64,000 bases of DNA from Trypanosoma brucei (taxonomy: Eukaryota): NCBI GenBank assembly GCA_000002445.1, contig CP000067.1, forward strand, positions 1,056,001 to 1,120,000, read 5' to 3'. The position numbers were made by a program, and so were the translations under genes. Below the pieces are notes generated by a model, which saw only the letters and a program-made list of their open reading frames with translations, was not told the DNA's origin and did not search any database. Shown here in pieces: positions 32,379 to 41,800 of this stretch (positions are counted from its first letter, which is position 1; each line of letters opens with the position of its first letter).

Positions 32379-33917
32379 TCACGTAGGGGGTTCCACATCT
32401 GCCTGTGCCATGAGTTGTTGATCAGTGACAATAAAACACAAACCGATGTCTTTTCGAATGCCAGCAGCATTTGTCAGTAAGGTAACACTTCCTGCTGTCA
32501 CTGACTCAACTAACGCGAAGCCCATCAACAACCCACGCTTCAGTCGGGACTCAAATACGGCGAATGGAATGCGCTGCAGTGTGCCATCCGGTAGCTCCTC
32601 TTGCTCAGTCGCTGTGCTCAACGCCAGCACACGATTTTTGATGTCAACATCTTGTGGGTGCACGTACGTTAGCGCTACGTCCGCTTGTCCGGAAACTGTG
32701 GGATCTTGATGGTCTGAATCATCGTCTATCATGGGCATGAAAGTGGAAGTTCCACTTGTGTCACCTCTTCCAATTGTCACAAGACGAATGAGAGAAGCAT
32801 CCACTGTAAAGAGTGTGGGCTTCACTGCCATTGTGCGGCTGCCGAAGAAATATTGTAACCAGCACTGGCGGTTAAAAAATGCATCGTCCGGCACCGCCCC
32901 GCATTCAGTGGAATCCAATAGAAAAAGCTGTACCTTCAGCCCGTTACTGCACGTTATGGTAGATGGAGTTATTTGGGGGATTTCCGATTGTGCACCGCTC
33001 TCTTGATGCAGCCGCTGTGCTATCTTAAACCGTAACCAGGAGCTGCCAACAACAAAAACGTGATCGATACCTGCGGCAAGTATTGTACTCACAAGCACAT
33101 CTAGTGGGTTTACTTTGGGACGTCCTTCCGGTTTCTCCTCGGCGCATTCCCAAGCCTCCGCATCCTCCACCACTGCGCGACTGATAGTTCCATAGTCGAC
33201 GAAAATCCCGCCCACACGGCACCGGTCACTTCGTGCCATACGCTCTGTACTCAAGCGCATCATTTGACGTAAGATGTGCAAAAAGAGGGCCGGGTCCTCA
33301 TGTTTTTTTGTCCCTTGATGGGAGTGTAAGCCAGGGACAAATGCCATCTCGTTTTCGATGTCTATAGTATACTGCATCGCGTACAGAGAGACTACTCCAG
33401 GGTAACCAAACCGTGGGGCCTCCACCGAGGCATCTAGAAGCAGAGGGTGGTAGCCCAAACGGACAGCGTAGTTGATCAAAGTACGGACGTACGTGCTTGT
33501 GCCAACAGCGCGGCGCTCAGCCACGAAGAGTACATGTGGCCCTATCCCGTCTGCGCCGGTTCGTCGCGCCTTCACACGCTGCACCTCCAAGTGAGTATGA
33601 ATGTCTGCAACTGAGCGTGCCCGTGTAGCATTGCATGTCGTTCCGTAACATATCTGGTGAACAGCGGAGGATGCTGTAAGCACCAATCGGCAGCCTGTAG
33701 GGGAGAAGACAGCGAGAGAACGAGCCACCGGGAGATGGACAACTACGCCTGTCGATAACTCCGTCCCGAATATCTCGGCACGCGGTTCCTCGCCGCCATC
33801 TTCCACTTGAGCAAGAAGCGTAACGGTTGCAGCGCCGCCGCTGCTTGCGGTCGCTAAGCACAGCTCGCCCATCGGTGGTAGCGCATATTCTCGCTCCAGC
33901 AGAGCCGTGTTTGCCAT
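32379..33917 (-). CDS. Clp1/Grc3-family protein (pre-mRNA cleavage factor polynucleotide-kinase-like) with a degenerate Walker A
   Basis: 'GPHVLFVAERRAVGTSTYVRTLINYAVRLGYHPLLLDASVEAPRFGYPGVVSLYA' aligns with the human CLP1 central domain '[54 protein letters not shown]'. The P-loop Lys is replaced (GKST becomes GTST). Confidence 0.5.
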   Translation of the reverse strand: MANTALLEREYALPPMGELCLATASSGGAATVTLLAQVEDGGEEPRAEIFGTELSTGVVVHLPVARSLAVFSPTGCRLVLTASSAVHQICYGTTCNATRARSVADIHTHLEVQRVKARRTGADGIGPHVLFVAERRAVGTSTYVRTLINYAVRLGYHPLLLDASVEAPRFGYPGVVSLYAMQYTIDIENEMAFVPGLHSHQGTKKHEDPALFLHILRQMMRLSTERMARSDRCRVGGIFVDYGTISRAVVEDAEAWECAEEKPEGRPKVNPLDVLVSTILAAGIDHVFVVGSSWLRFKIAQRLHQESGAQSEIPQITPSTITCSNGLKVQLFLLDSTECGAVPDDAFFNRQCWLQYFFGSRTMAVKPTLFTVDASLIRLVTIGRGDTSGTSTFMPMIDDDSDHQDPTVSGQADVALTYVHPQDVDIKNRVLALSTATEQEELPDGTLQRIPFAVFESRLKRGLLMGFALVESVTAGSVTLLTNAAGIRKDIGLCFIVTDQQLMAQADVEPPT

Positions 33918-34112
33918 TACTTTCCTACTAGTTTCAACCCTAACTTCCTAGTCAACCAAACGTAAATTTGGGGGTTGGTGCAATGCGTAACAGTCAGGCA
34001 CGCGTATAAACCTACATGTCCGATTCCCACGACGAGCCTGAGATGTGTACGGAGTGTCAACGGCGAAGCGGATGTTATTAACTTGTGTGCAACAACAGCT
34101 TTGAACATTCAC

Positions 34113-34511
34113 CTATACCCAACTGCTATACCCCGTTGGCAACGGCGGGGCTGGGGCTTCAGGAAGGGGCACAATCTGCTCCTCCACTTGTCCATGTGCA
34201 TTCACAACACCACGTCGTAGGAGTCCGGACTCATGCAGGACCCGAGTGACGGCCAAAAGAATGGAAGGTTCCTTCTTCAGCATGGCCTTGATGTCATGGT
34301 GGGCTGTTGGGTCATCAATCTGCCGCCGTAATTCTTTGATGATGCTGTAAATCTCCTCTGTAGCTAAGCCGTATACATCGGCTGGTGGTGTTGGGGGCGG
34401 AAGAGGAGGCATCGGCATGTCTGACACGTTTGAAGATGCGCGACTGTGTGGTGACTCATCACCTTCAGCCTTATTGTAGTCATCATTATTCTCTTCCTCT
34501 TCGAAGTACAT
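34113..34511 (-). CDS. Small hypothetical protein (132 aa) with acidic N-terminus and Pro-rich segments
   Basis: Isolated ORF in a 1.4 kb gap between flanking genes, same strand as the unit. It has no recognisable domain and could be spurious. Confidence 0.3.
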   Translation of the reverse strand: MYFEEEENNDDYNKAEGDESPHSRASSNVSDMPMPPLPPPTPPADVYGLATEEIYSIIKELRRQIDDPTAHHDIKAMLKKEPSILLAVTRVLHESGLLRRGVVNAHGQVEEQIVPLPEAPAPPLPTGYSSWV

Positions 34512-35294
34512 GTGCTACAGATAATGAGCCAGTCGATCAAACTTACCAACAATGGTCTTAATTTTGCTCAACGATTCGAGCAAATGATTGCTGGTTTGGT
34601 GGAACTATGCTTGACCGAGAACAAACGTCAAAATAGTCGGTTTTTGTAACAAGGAATAAGACAAGCGGAGGAGAATGTGTTTTCTCCCGTAGGATTAGGC
34701 ATACTGAGAAGTACGGTGGCGCGCACAGTTTCCTGTGAGCATCAACCAAGCAGAGAGGGATGGCTGCACATTAGCTTCCAAATAACAGTTGTGAAAGGGA
34801 AATTATATATTCATTAAACTGCATCGGCACTTCCCCACGGGACAAACTGATTTCAAAAAGTCACCGTGGCCCCTCTCCCCAGCTGCTAACGTGGCTACAA
34901 GTTGCACATGTTGCGCTCACCTGTGCGGTCATTAAACACAACGCTAACACTGTCCCTTTTTTGTTCACTACATTCAGTCAGTACGAGAGATTAACTCTCG
35001 TACGTGCCAAATGCAGCGGTGCGTGAATACTGGTTTCTTGTTACGGGCCCTCTGTCCCCACATGATGATAATAGATGTCATTGGGAATGAAGACAGAGGA
35101 GGCACCACAAACGAGGTGAGTGTGAAAACGTGATATGAGGGGCAGTTGTTGTTCCAATGATCTAATAGCTGTAAGCTAGACAGCAATTTTAAAGCAATAC
35201 AATGCATACGCAGGCGCTACTGCGTTCTAAAAAAAAAATCTACTTGTCAGTATATGCAAAAAGTAAAACCGCACTTGCCAATGCCCTCGAAATG

Positions 35295-37865
35295 CTACTC
35301 AATTACAAGACGGCTGGCCAGCAAGGTTTGCACATGGTGGCGAACTTCATCACCATGCTGTTGTGCCAACTGCAGCAAACGACCCAACGCACTGTTGAAC
35401 ATGTCGCGCTTCTCCTGGAGTTCGACATCAGCCAAAACCTCCGGTGGCACGTTGGCGCTTGCCTTCTGTATGGTCTGGGTGTAGCGAATAACTGTCTCCC
35501 GGGCTTGCATAATCCCTTCATGTACCTGCTCGCATGCCTTCTGCAGGTTTTCCATGGTAGCTCGCACCCGCTCTCTTTTCTCTATGATCTGACGGAGGTC
35601 TTGCTCCTTGCTTTCCATTACCTGCTGGTAATCATTCAGCTCCATCACGCGTCGACTCACAGCTGCCTTTAAGTCTCGTTGCTGTTGTTGGAGTGCTATG
35701 CGCATTTTTACCATGTCGTGACTCTCCGGCACGGGATCAAACATGTGACGGTAGTTCGAATTGCTCGCGCGAATGACACTTAGCGTCCGTTTCAACTTAT
35801 CCATCTCCCGTTCCATTCGGCTCACGCGGACATCTAAGGTGTCACCACGCAATTGCAAATCCTCCCGCTCGCGCGCTGCCTCCATAACAACTTGCGCTGG
35901 GGTCCAATTCACCTTCTCAGGATCAAGACGCACGAGCTGAACGTCGTAACGGTTCCGAAGACCGGCCAGTGACTTTTGCCTCTCTCGCAAATCTGATGCA
36001 AGACGCCGCCGCTGCTCCTCTACGAGTTTAGCCTCCATCTTCATCATATCATGATGCACGGCAATCTCAGAAAGCCGCTCCGCGATGTCACATGTTAACT
36101 GTCGTTTGCGCTCGGCGAGACTACCGAGCTCACCGTTCCGCTGATGCAATGTGCGCTTCAGATCCTGTAATTGCAGCTCTTGAGTGTCAACAAGCACCAA
36201 CTTCTCTTCGTGTTGTTTGCGAAGCTTTGTCAGTTCGGCAGTGCAGCTGTCGCAACCTAGAGTAAGCTGCAACAACTTCTCCGCTGCAATTTTTTTCTCC
36301 GAAGTGACCCGTTCCAACTCGACATTGGCGTGCCACGTTTCTTCGCGCACACGCTTAACCTGAATCTCCATTGCGCGCTGCTGTTTCATTAAGTCGGCTA
36401 ATGTATTCTGCAAAGTTGCTATTTTTTCTTGCAGCTTGTTGCGCTCATCCAAGGACCGCTCACCCTTGGCGCGGTTAACTTTCCGCTGCATCTGCTGAAC
36501 GGAAAACTCTACAGCGTAAAGCAGCTGCTGCTGCGCAAAGTACTGGCCGTCGAGTTGCCCGATTTTGGTCCTCAGATTCTGAGCTTGCAGTTGCCCACCA
36601 CTTATCTCCGCGAGAAGATCTGATTGTTCCCGGCGCACTTCTTTGAGCCTCTCACTCATCGTAAAATTTTCTTTCTTCAACATTTCAGTCTCCTTATCCA
36701 TCTGCTTTTCAGCATCCTGCGCCTCCTTGAAGAGCCTGCCTATCGTGGCCAACTGCGTCGAAAGATCCGCTCCCTTACTGTACACGCTACTCTTCTGTTC
36801 TTTCAAGTCATCCCTTTTAGCCGTGAGACGTTCGTGAGCTGCTGTTTTGTCGCGCACTGCCACCTTTGACTGCTCCAAACGGATACGGGCGTTGTTGCGC
36901 TCCTTTATGGAGCGTCCAAGTTCCTCTCGTATTGTTTCCACCTCATTCTCCAATCCAGTGACATGCGTTTCCAGTGATGATCGGGTTTGGCGGCTCTTCT
37001 CCGCACGGTGCTCGCGCTCCTCAATGCCCGCTTGCATGAGTGCCTCCTCCGCACGCGCAGCGTCGTAGTCATCGTGCAACTTTTTCAGTGCTACGCGCCG
37101 CTGCTCAATCCATTCAGCCCCTTCCGCGTACTGCTGGGCTGCTGCTCGGATGGAATTGTCACGCTCGCGGATCTCCTTCACAACGCGCTCCCACTCATCG
37201 ATTAAGTCACCGCGCTCTTTGTGTTGGCGCCGGTAGTCTGTCGCCACGCGGTTGAGTTCCAACTGCACACTGCGCATAACTGCGACCTCATCCTGAAGTT
37301 GTCTTCGTCGCTCGCGCAACTGCGCCTCATGCCGCTCAACTGCAATGTCGAGTTGGCGTAACTTTACCGCATCATCTTTCGCATACCGCGCAACAGCCGC
37401 TTCATCCGACTCCTTTTGTTGGCGTGCCGCGTCCCACTGCTCAAGCGCCTCCTGATTGTACGCCATAGAACTCTTCAGCTCCGCCATGCGGAGATTCTCC
37501 GTGAATAAGCGGTCCTGCACGACCTGCAGCCTCTCTTGCACATCTGCCTGCTCCGCCTGCATTTGCATCTGACTCTGCTTGAGCCTACCGCACTCACGAA
37601 GAAGGAGCCGGTACATGTGCGACTCGGACTCCATTTCGCGCCTTTTACTGTCAGCTAGGGCTTGCGTATTTACAATTTCGCCACGCACATTGGCCAGGTG
37701 TTCTTTCACGAACTCCAGACGGCGCCGCTGGTCTTGAATTTCGCGAACATGTCCGTCGTGTATTTCTTCATGGCGTGAGAGTTGCGCGGTAAGTTCCTTG
37801 TTAACCGCGTTCAGCAACTCCAGCGGCAGTGCTTCAGCCGTGGCATCCACGACCTCTAGACTCAT
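35295..37865 (-). CDS. Long coiled-coil protein (~856 aa). The track ORF to 38171 includes a non-coding-looking 102-codon extension; start proposed at ATG 37865 (MSLEVVDATAE...).
   Basis: Near-continuous heptad-rich, E/R/Q/L-rich sequence. The upstream extension (FISLKLRTIVVVFPPPLP...) is hydrophobic and low-complexity. 'cat' at 37863-37865 was verified. Confidence 0.6.
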   Translation of the reverse strand: MSLEVVDATAEALPLELLNAVNKELTAQLSRHEEIHDGHVREIQDQRRRLEFVKEHLANVRGEIVNTQALADSKRREMESESHMYRLLLRECGRLKQSQMQMQAEQADVQERLQVVQDRLFTENLRMAELKSSMAYNQEALEQWDAARQQKESDEAAVARYAKDDAVKLRQLDIAVERHEAQLRERRRQLQDEVAVMRSVQLELNRVATDYRRQHKERGDLIDEWERVVKEIRERDNSIRAAAQQYAEGAEWIEQRRVALKKLHDDYDAARAEEALMQAGIEEREHRAEKSRQTRSSLETHVTGLENEVETIREELGRSIKERNNARIRLEQSKVAVRDKTAAHERLTAKRDDLKEQKSSVYSKGADLSTQLATIGRLFKEAQDAEKQMDKETEMLKKENFTMSERLKEVRREQSDLLAEISGGQLQAQNLRTKIGQLDGQYFAQQQLLYAVEFSVQQMQRKVNRAKGERSLDERNKLQEKIATLQNTLADLMKQQRAMEIQVKRVREETWHANVELERVTSEKKIAAEKLLQLTLGCDSCTAELTKLRKQHEEKLVLVDTQELQLQDLKRTLHQRNGELGSLAERKRQLTCDIAERLSEIAVHHDMMKMEAKLVEEQRRRLASDLRERQKSLAGLRNRYDVQLVRLDPEKVNWTPAQVVMEAAREREDLQLRGDTLDVRVSRMEREMDKLKRTLSVIRASNSNYRHMFDPVPESHDMVKMRIALQQQQRDLKAAVSRRVMELNDYQQVMESKEQDLRQIIEKRERVRATMENLQKACEQVHEGIMQARETVIRYTQTIQKASANVPPEVLADVELQEKRDMFNSALGRLLQLAQQHGDEVRHHVQTLLASRLVIE

Positions 37866-39184
37866 ATATATATGTATATATAAGTTGTGTCCTCTGGCGG
37901 AAAAGGAATGTTGCAAGGACGAAAAACAAGTTTGTGAATTGTTTGAGAAACCAGCGATAGAAGTGAAGACAATGGGGCTAAATTCAGAAAAGAGTGATGC
38001 GGAGCGATGATCGCCGCCGCACCTCACACGAGAGAGCGCAAAGACGGGGAATATGTGTGCATCCAGGAATTTGTTCATGACGATAGTGAAGAGTCGGCGC
38101 GCGTGTGGTCCATTGGGAAGAGGAGGGGGAAAAACAACAACAATGGTGCGTAGTTTCAAAGAGATGAACAAAACGGCAATTGGATACCGGCCGCTCAGGT
38201 GAATCGTTGAAGTTTCTTTATCCCTCTTTATGCATGTATATGTGTGTCACCACATGATAGGCCGGGAAGGAGTGCAAAATGTGCAGTTCTTAACAAAACA
38301 TGTATGATTTCCAATCACCAGTTGGTCGTAATGCAGAAAGTACACTGAAGGTACAACTCCCCTTCAACAGCCAGACGAGGAGGTGTGTGGCAACTCAAAA
38401 CCCCTGCGCCAGTGAAAAAAAACACGAGAAAATACTCACCAGAGTTCCGTTCGTTGCACGTTTACCCCTGCGACAGAATAACAGTACCTTCACGTGGCAC
38501 ACGTAACGCACAGCTCGGCGAAACATGCCCGCGCAAATCAGCGAAAAAAAAAGGACAAGGTTAATCGCAGATACACCGAAAAAGAAACTAAGGATTACAG
38601 TGGGAAAAGAAAGGGACATGATCCGCTGTTGTTTTCTGCATTATTTTGGTATCCTTCACATAGGCCATTCGCCCTGTTCCAATTAGCACTCGTACCTCTC
38701 CCTCCCCCACAGTCGCTGATGCCAAACCAAATTCGACACCAACCCAAACAGGTCCGAAATAAATGCGCGGGAAGACATACCAACGCAGGGAATTGCCAAG
38801 GAAGAATGTTAAAAATAAGATGTGATAGGAGGACGGTTTGGGTCCCGGCACCTTCAACAGCAACTCAAATACATAACGTGTGGAGCCAAAACACCACTAC
38901 TGAATGGGGAGTTGCAGTCAGCACAGAAGTAGCGTAACACTTTTTTTTCTTGTTCGTATTTTCTTTGTGTCTTCATTGAAATCGTTGCTGCCGAAGACCG
39001 GACGCCATCGCCAGGGGACACAACACACACCAACTCACTCTCAACCGTGCAGCCTTACTCTCTCCGCCTAGCAGTGCACTTGAGTAATAATACACTGTGT
39101 AGACGTCTTGCCGGAGCGGAAAAAATAAAAACGAAGAGGGGGATAAAATGAGCATGTAAACAAACAAATGATACGCTGAGATTG

Positions 39185-41173
39185 TCATAAGTTCCACGTC
39201 AGCCCGCAGCGAAGATGGTGAAACGCCTCCGTTGCCGAGGGTCGCAATACGGCTTTATCGACCGACTGACCCTCAACAAGACCTGACAAAAGTTTCATAC
39301 CGTCCCTACCAAACTTCAACCACCAGTTAAAACTACACTCAAAGGACGAGGGCGCAAGGGTGTTGAAGGCGTCCTCTCTGGCACGTGGCCTGCTAGTCAA
39401 GGAGAATCCCATAGATGCTCGCGGTGGGTTCTTGAAGGAGTCCATCAAACAGGCGTTCGCATAAATCATTCCACCTGGTTTTCTCCAACCGGTTTGAGAC
39501 GCTCCGTCAACGAGCATTTTGGATTCGTCCCGCAACTTGCCGCCGAAGCCCAATTCCATGGAGAGCACCGTATACCACCTTGAGGCGTAGTGCATACCCG
39601 GATATATGTCACGGAATCCGCGTATGAGACCCGCATCCCACACCGGGCCTTGCGTAGCCCAGAATAAAGAGTGTTCTCCGCTCCTGACCGCGTGGCTCCC
39701 ATGGCTTCCGTTGACTTGGACGTCCGAAAATGTTTGCTTCCACTGCCCAGCGGTAAGCGGCTGCACGAGGGACGATTTGTTTCGAAGCCGAAGAAAGAAA
39801 CGGTCCGCGCGGAGTGGCAGCTCAACCCACCACTCCGACCACAGTTTACCGAAGAATGTCAATGAACGCTCAGCGCTATTGAAGTCCACGCCGGGACCAC
39901 CAGCCCACCGCAAACAGTACGTTGCACGTGGAAAAAGCCAACGCAAAAATGGTGATGTGAAGTGCTGAACAAAGCTGTCATACTCATCCAGCACTAACAA
40001 TGAAGTAATTCTTTGATTCGGTGCCCTCTCTGGGATACAAGTGGTACCCTTCACGGTGAGTGAGTAACGTGGGTTGCGAAATTGCAGTGACGCACGAAAC
40101 CCCGACTCACGAAGTTTTGCGGTAATGATTTCCGTCTCCGTCTCCTTCCCCTCGGCCTCCGCCTCTTCTGTCATGCCAACTACTGCAGTCTCACCTGCAG
40201 ACAGATGGTTCATTTCTGGTGACTTGCTACGTGTCTTGCAGAGCACCAGGCGCTCAGTACGCACTTGATTGGCGTGCCCATCCAAGTAAATGGCATCAAC
40301 ATCCCGCCACAACCTCACCCGATCCCCAAAGTCCTCGGAGAGTTCTCTCGGGAACTCTCGCGCAAAAGATACAGCCAGAACTAAGTCATTCCACGGCATG
40401 CGGAGCGGGCCAACAGCGTCGCCAACAATAGGGACACGTGCATGTGGGACCTTTTGATAACAACTCCCACGCAGGAAGTATGGAAACCATTGCTGCTTCT
40501 CAGTTGCGACAGTGACGTCGTGGTGCCACTGTGGGAAAACGAGGAACCTTGTGGGGCCGCGGGGAAGCGGCATGTGGAAATAACCACCAAAATACGGTCG
40601 CAACCATCCCGAGTGTCCGTTGTGGCCACGAGCGGCTTCCGCTTCTTCAATGCTCCTCACAAGGTTCTCCCTATTCTTCTTCCTCAACATCTCAGCGAAT
40701 ACGTGGCGGGATGGCTCCTCCTGCACGCTCCTGACGCGAGCTTCATGAGCATGTTTGGGAGAGGATTCCTGAAGTTTTACGCGGAGAACGCGATGCGGTT
40801 TCCCCACTGTTCCGGTAGTGGCAGCGGAATCTTCAACCTCCTCAACAACCGTTTCAATTGTGGAGCCCCTTCGCAGTGGGTAAGTTGGTGATGCTGCCTC
40901 ATATATTGGTGAGCTGTACCTGAATTTCTCCCAGCGGAGAGCCTTGCAGGCGGTAACGTCATTCTCCAATTGAACTAACAGTGCTTCTGTAGCGTTTTTA
41001 ATGTTATCATTCCCCTTTGTTGTTGGTGCAGCACTGGTGTCACTCCTTGACGGTAACGTAGTTGATGTGTGTGCGCGGTATCGTGAGAAAAACCACTGGA
41101 GGCAGGCGTCGTCACGCGCTATGGAAGAGTTGTGCAGTTCAAAATCTACCCGAGGCTCCTTAACTGCAGTCAT
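39185..41173 (-). CDS. Hypothetical protein (662 aa), no confident domain
   Basis: Long clean ORF with a protein-like composition that is rich in W, R and F. I recognise no motifs. Confidence 0.5.
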   Translation of the reverse strand: MTAVKEPRVDFELHNSSIARDDACLQWFFSRYRAHTSTTLPSRSDTSAAPTTKGNDNIKNATEALLVQLENDVTACKALRWEKFRYSSPIYEAASPTYPLRRGSTIETVVEEVEDSAATTGTVGKPHRVLRVKLQESSPKHAHEARVRSVQEEPSRHVFAEMLRKKNRENLVRSIEEAEAARGHNGHSGWLRPYFGGYFHMPLPRGPTRFLVFPQWHHDVTVATEKQQWFPYFLRGSCYQKVPHARVPIVGDAVGPLRMPWNDLVLAVSFAREFPRELSEDFGDRVRLWRDVDAIYLDGHANQVRTERLVLCKTRSKSPEMNHLSAGETAVVGMTEEAEAEGKETETEIITAKLRESGFRASLQFRNPRYSLTVKGTTCIPERAPNQRITSLLVLDEYDSFVQHFTSPFLRWLFPRATYCLRWAGGPGVDFNSAERSLTFFGKLWSEWWVELPLRADRFFLRLRNKSSLVQPLTAGQWKQTFSDVQVNGSHGSHAVRSGEHSLFWATQGPVWDAGLIRGFRDIYPGMHYASRWYTVLSMELGFGGKLRDESKMLVDGASQTGWRKPGGMIYANACLMDSFKNPPRASMGFSLTSRPRAREDAFNTLAPSSFECSFNWWLKFGRDGMKLLSGLVEGQSVDKAVLRPSATEAFHHLRCGLTWNL

Positions 41174-41800
41174 TGCGCACCCTAAACAAAGGTATGTATG
41201 TCCTTTCTCTTCCTTTACAAAAGTTTTTGACTGTTTTGACCCATACTACTACACACACAACGGGTAGGGATTAGAAATACATTAGAAACAATGATGCCAA
41301 AGAAACACTGTGCGCAATGAACAACCGTTTAAAAGTTTACTCCGGGATGCATCCCTGCTGGTACCCAAAGCACGAATGTACGAAAAACACGTCCCGCTGA
41401 AGCCGGTACTGTGATTCGATGCATAGGTAAGAAATTCATCTGTGTGACCACCATGTGTGCATCATCGGAGATGTTGTTTTAGCGGTAAGCGTCTGCTTTA
41501 GGGGTGTGTTACGAGCAAAAAAGAAAAAATGACGAGGCAACAAATGAGCAAATCTCAAAAAAAAAAACATAACACGATGTTTCACAGTGACCTCCGGCCT
41601 TGTTGAAACCTTACCAAAGCACAGGAAAGACATCTGACTTGCTTCCTCATTGCAGTTGCCTTCTTTTTCCACTGCTCTCCCCGTGTGCCGCTCCTCACCC
41701 AAACAACAACTCGCGGCACATCCCACTGCAGTTTGTGTGAATAATTAAATTACCCCTCCCCTCAGAGGATCACAGCCTCTGGTATCAAAAAGAGTTCATG

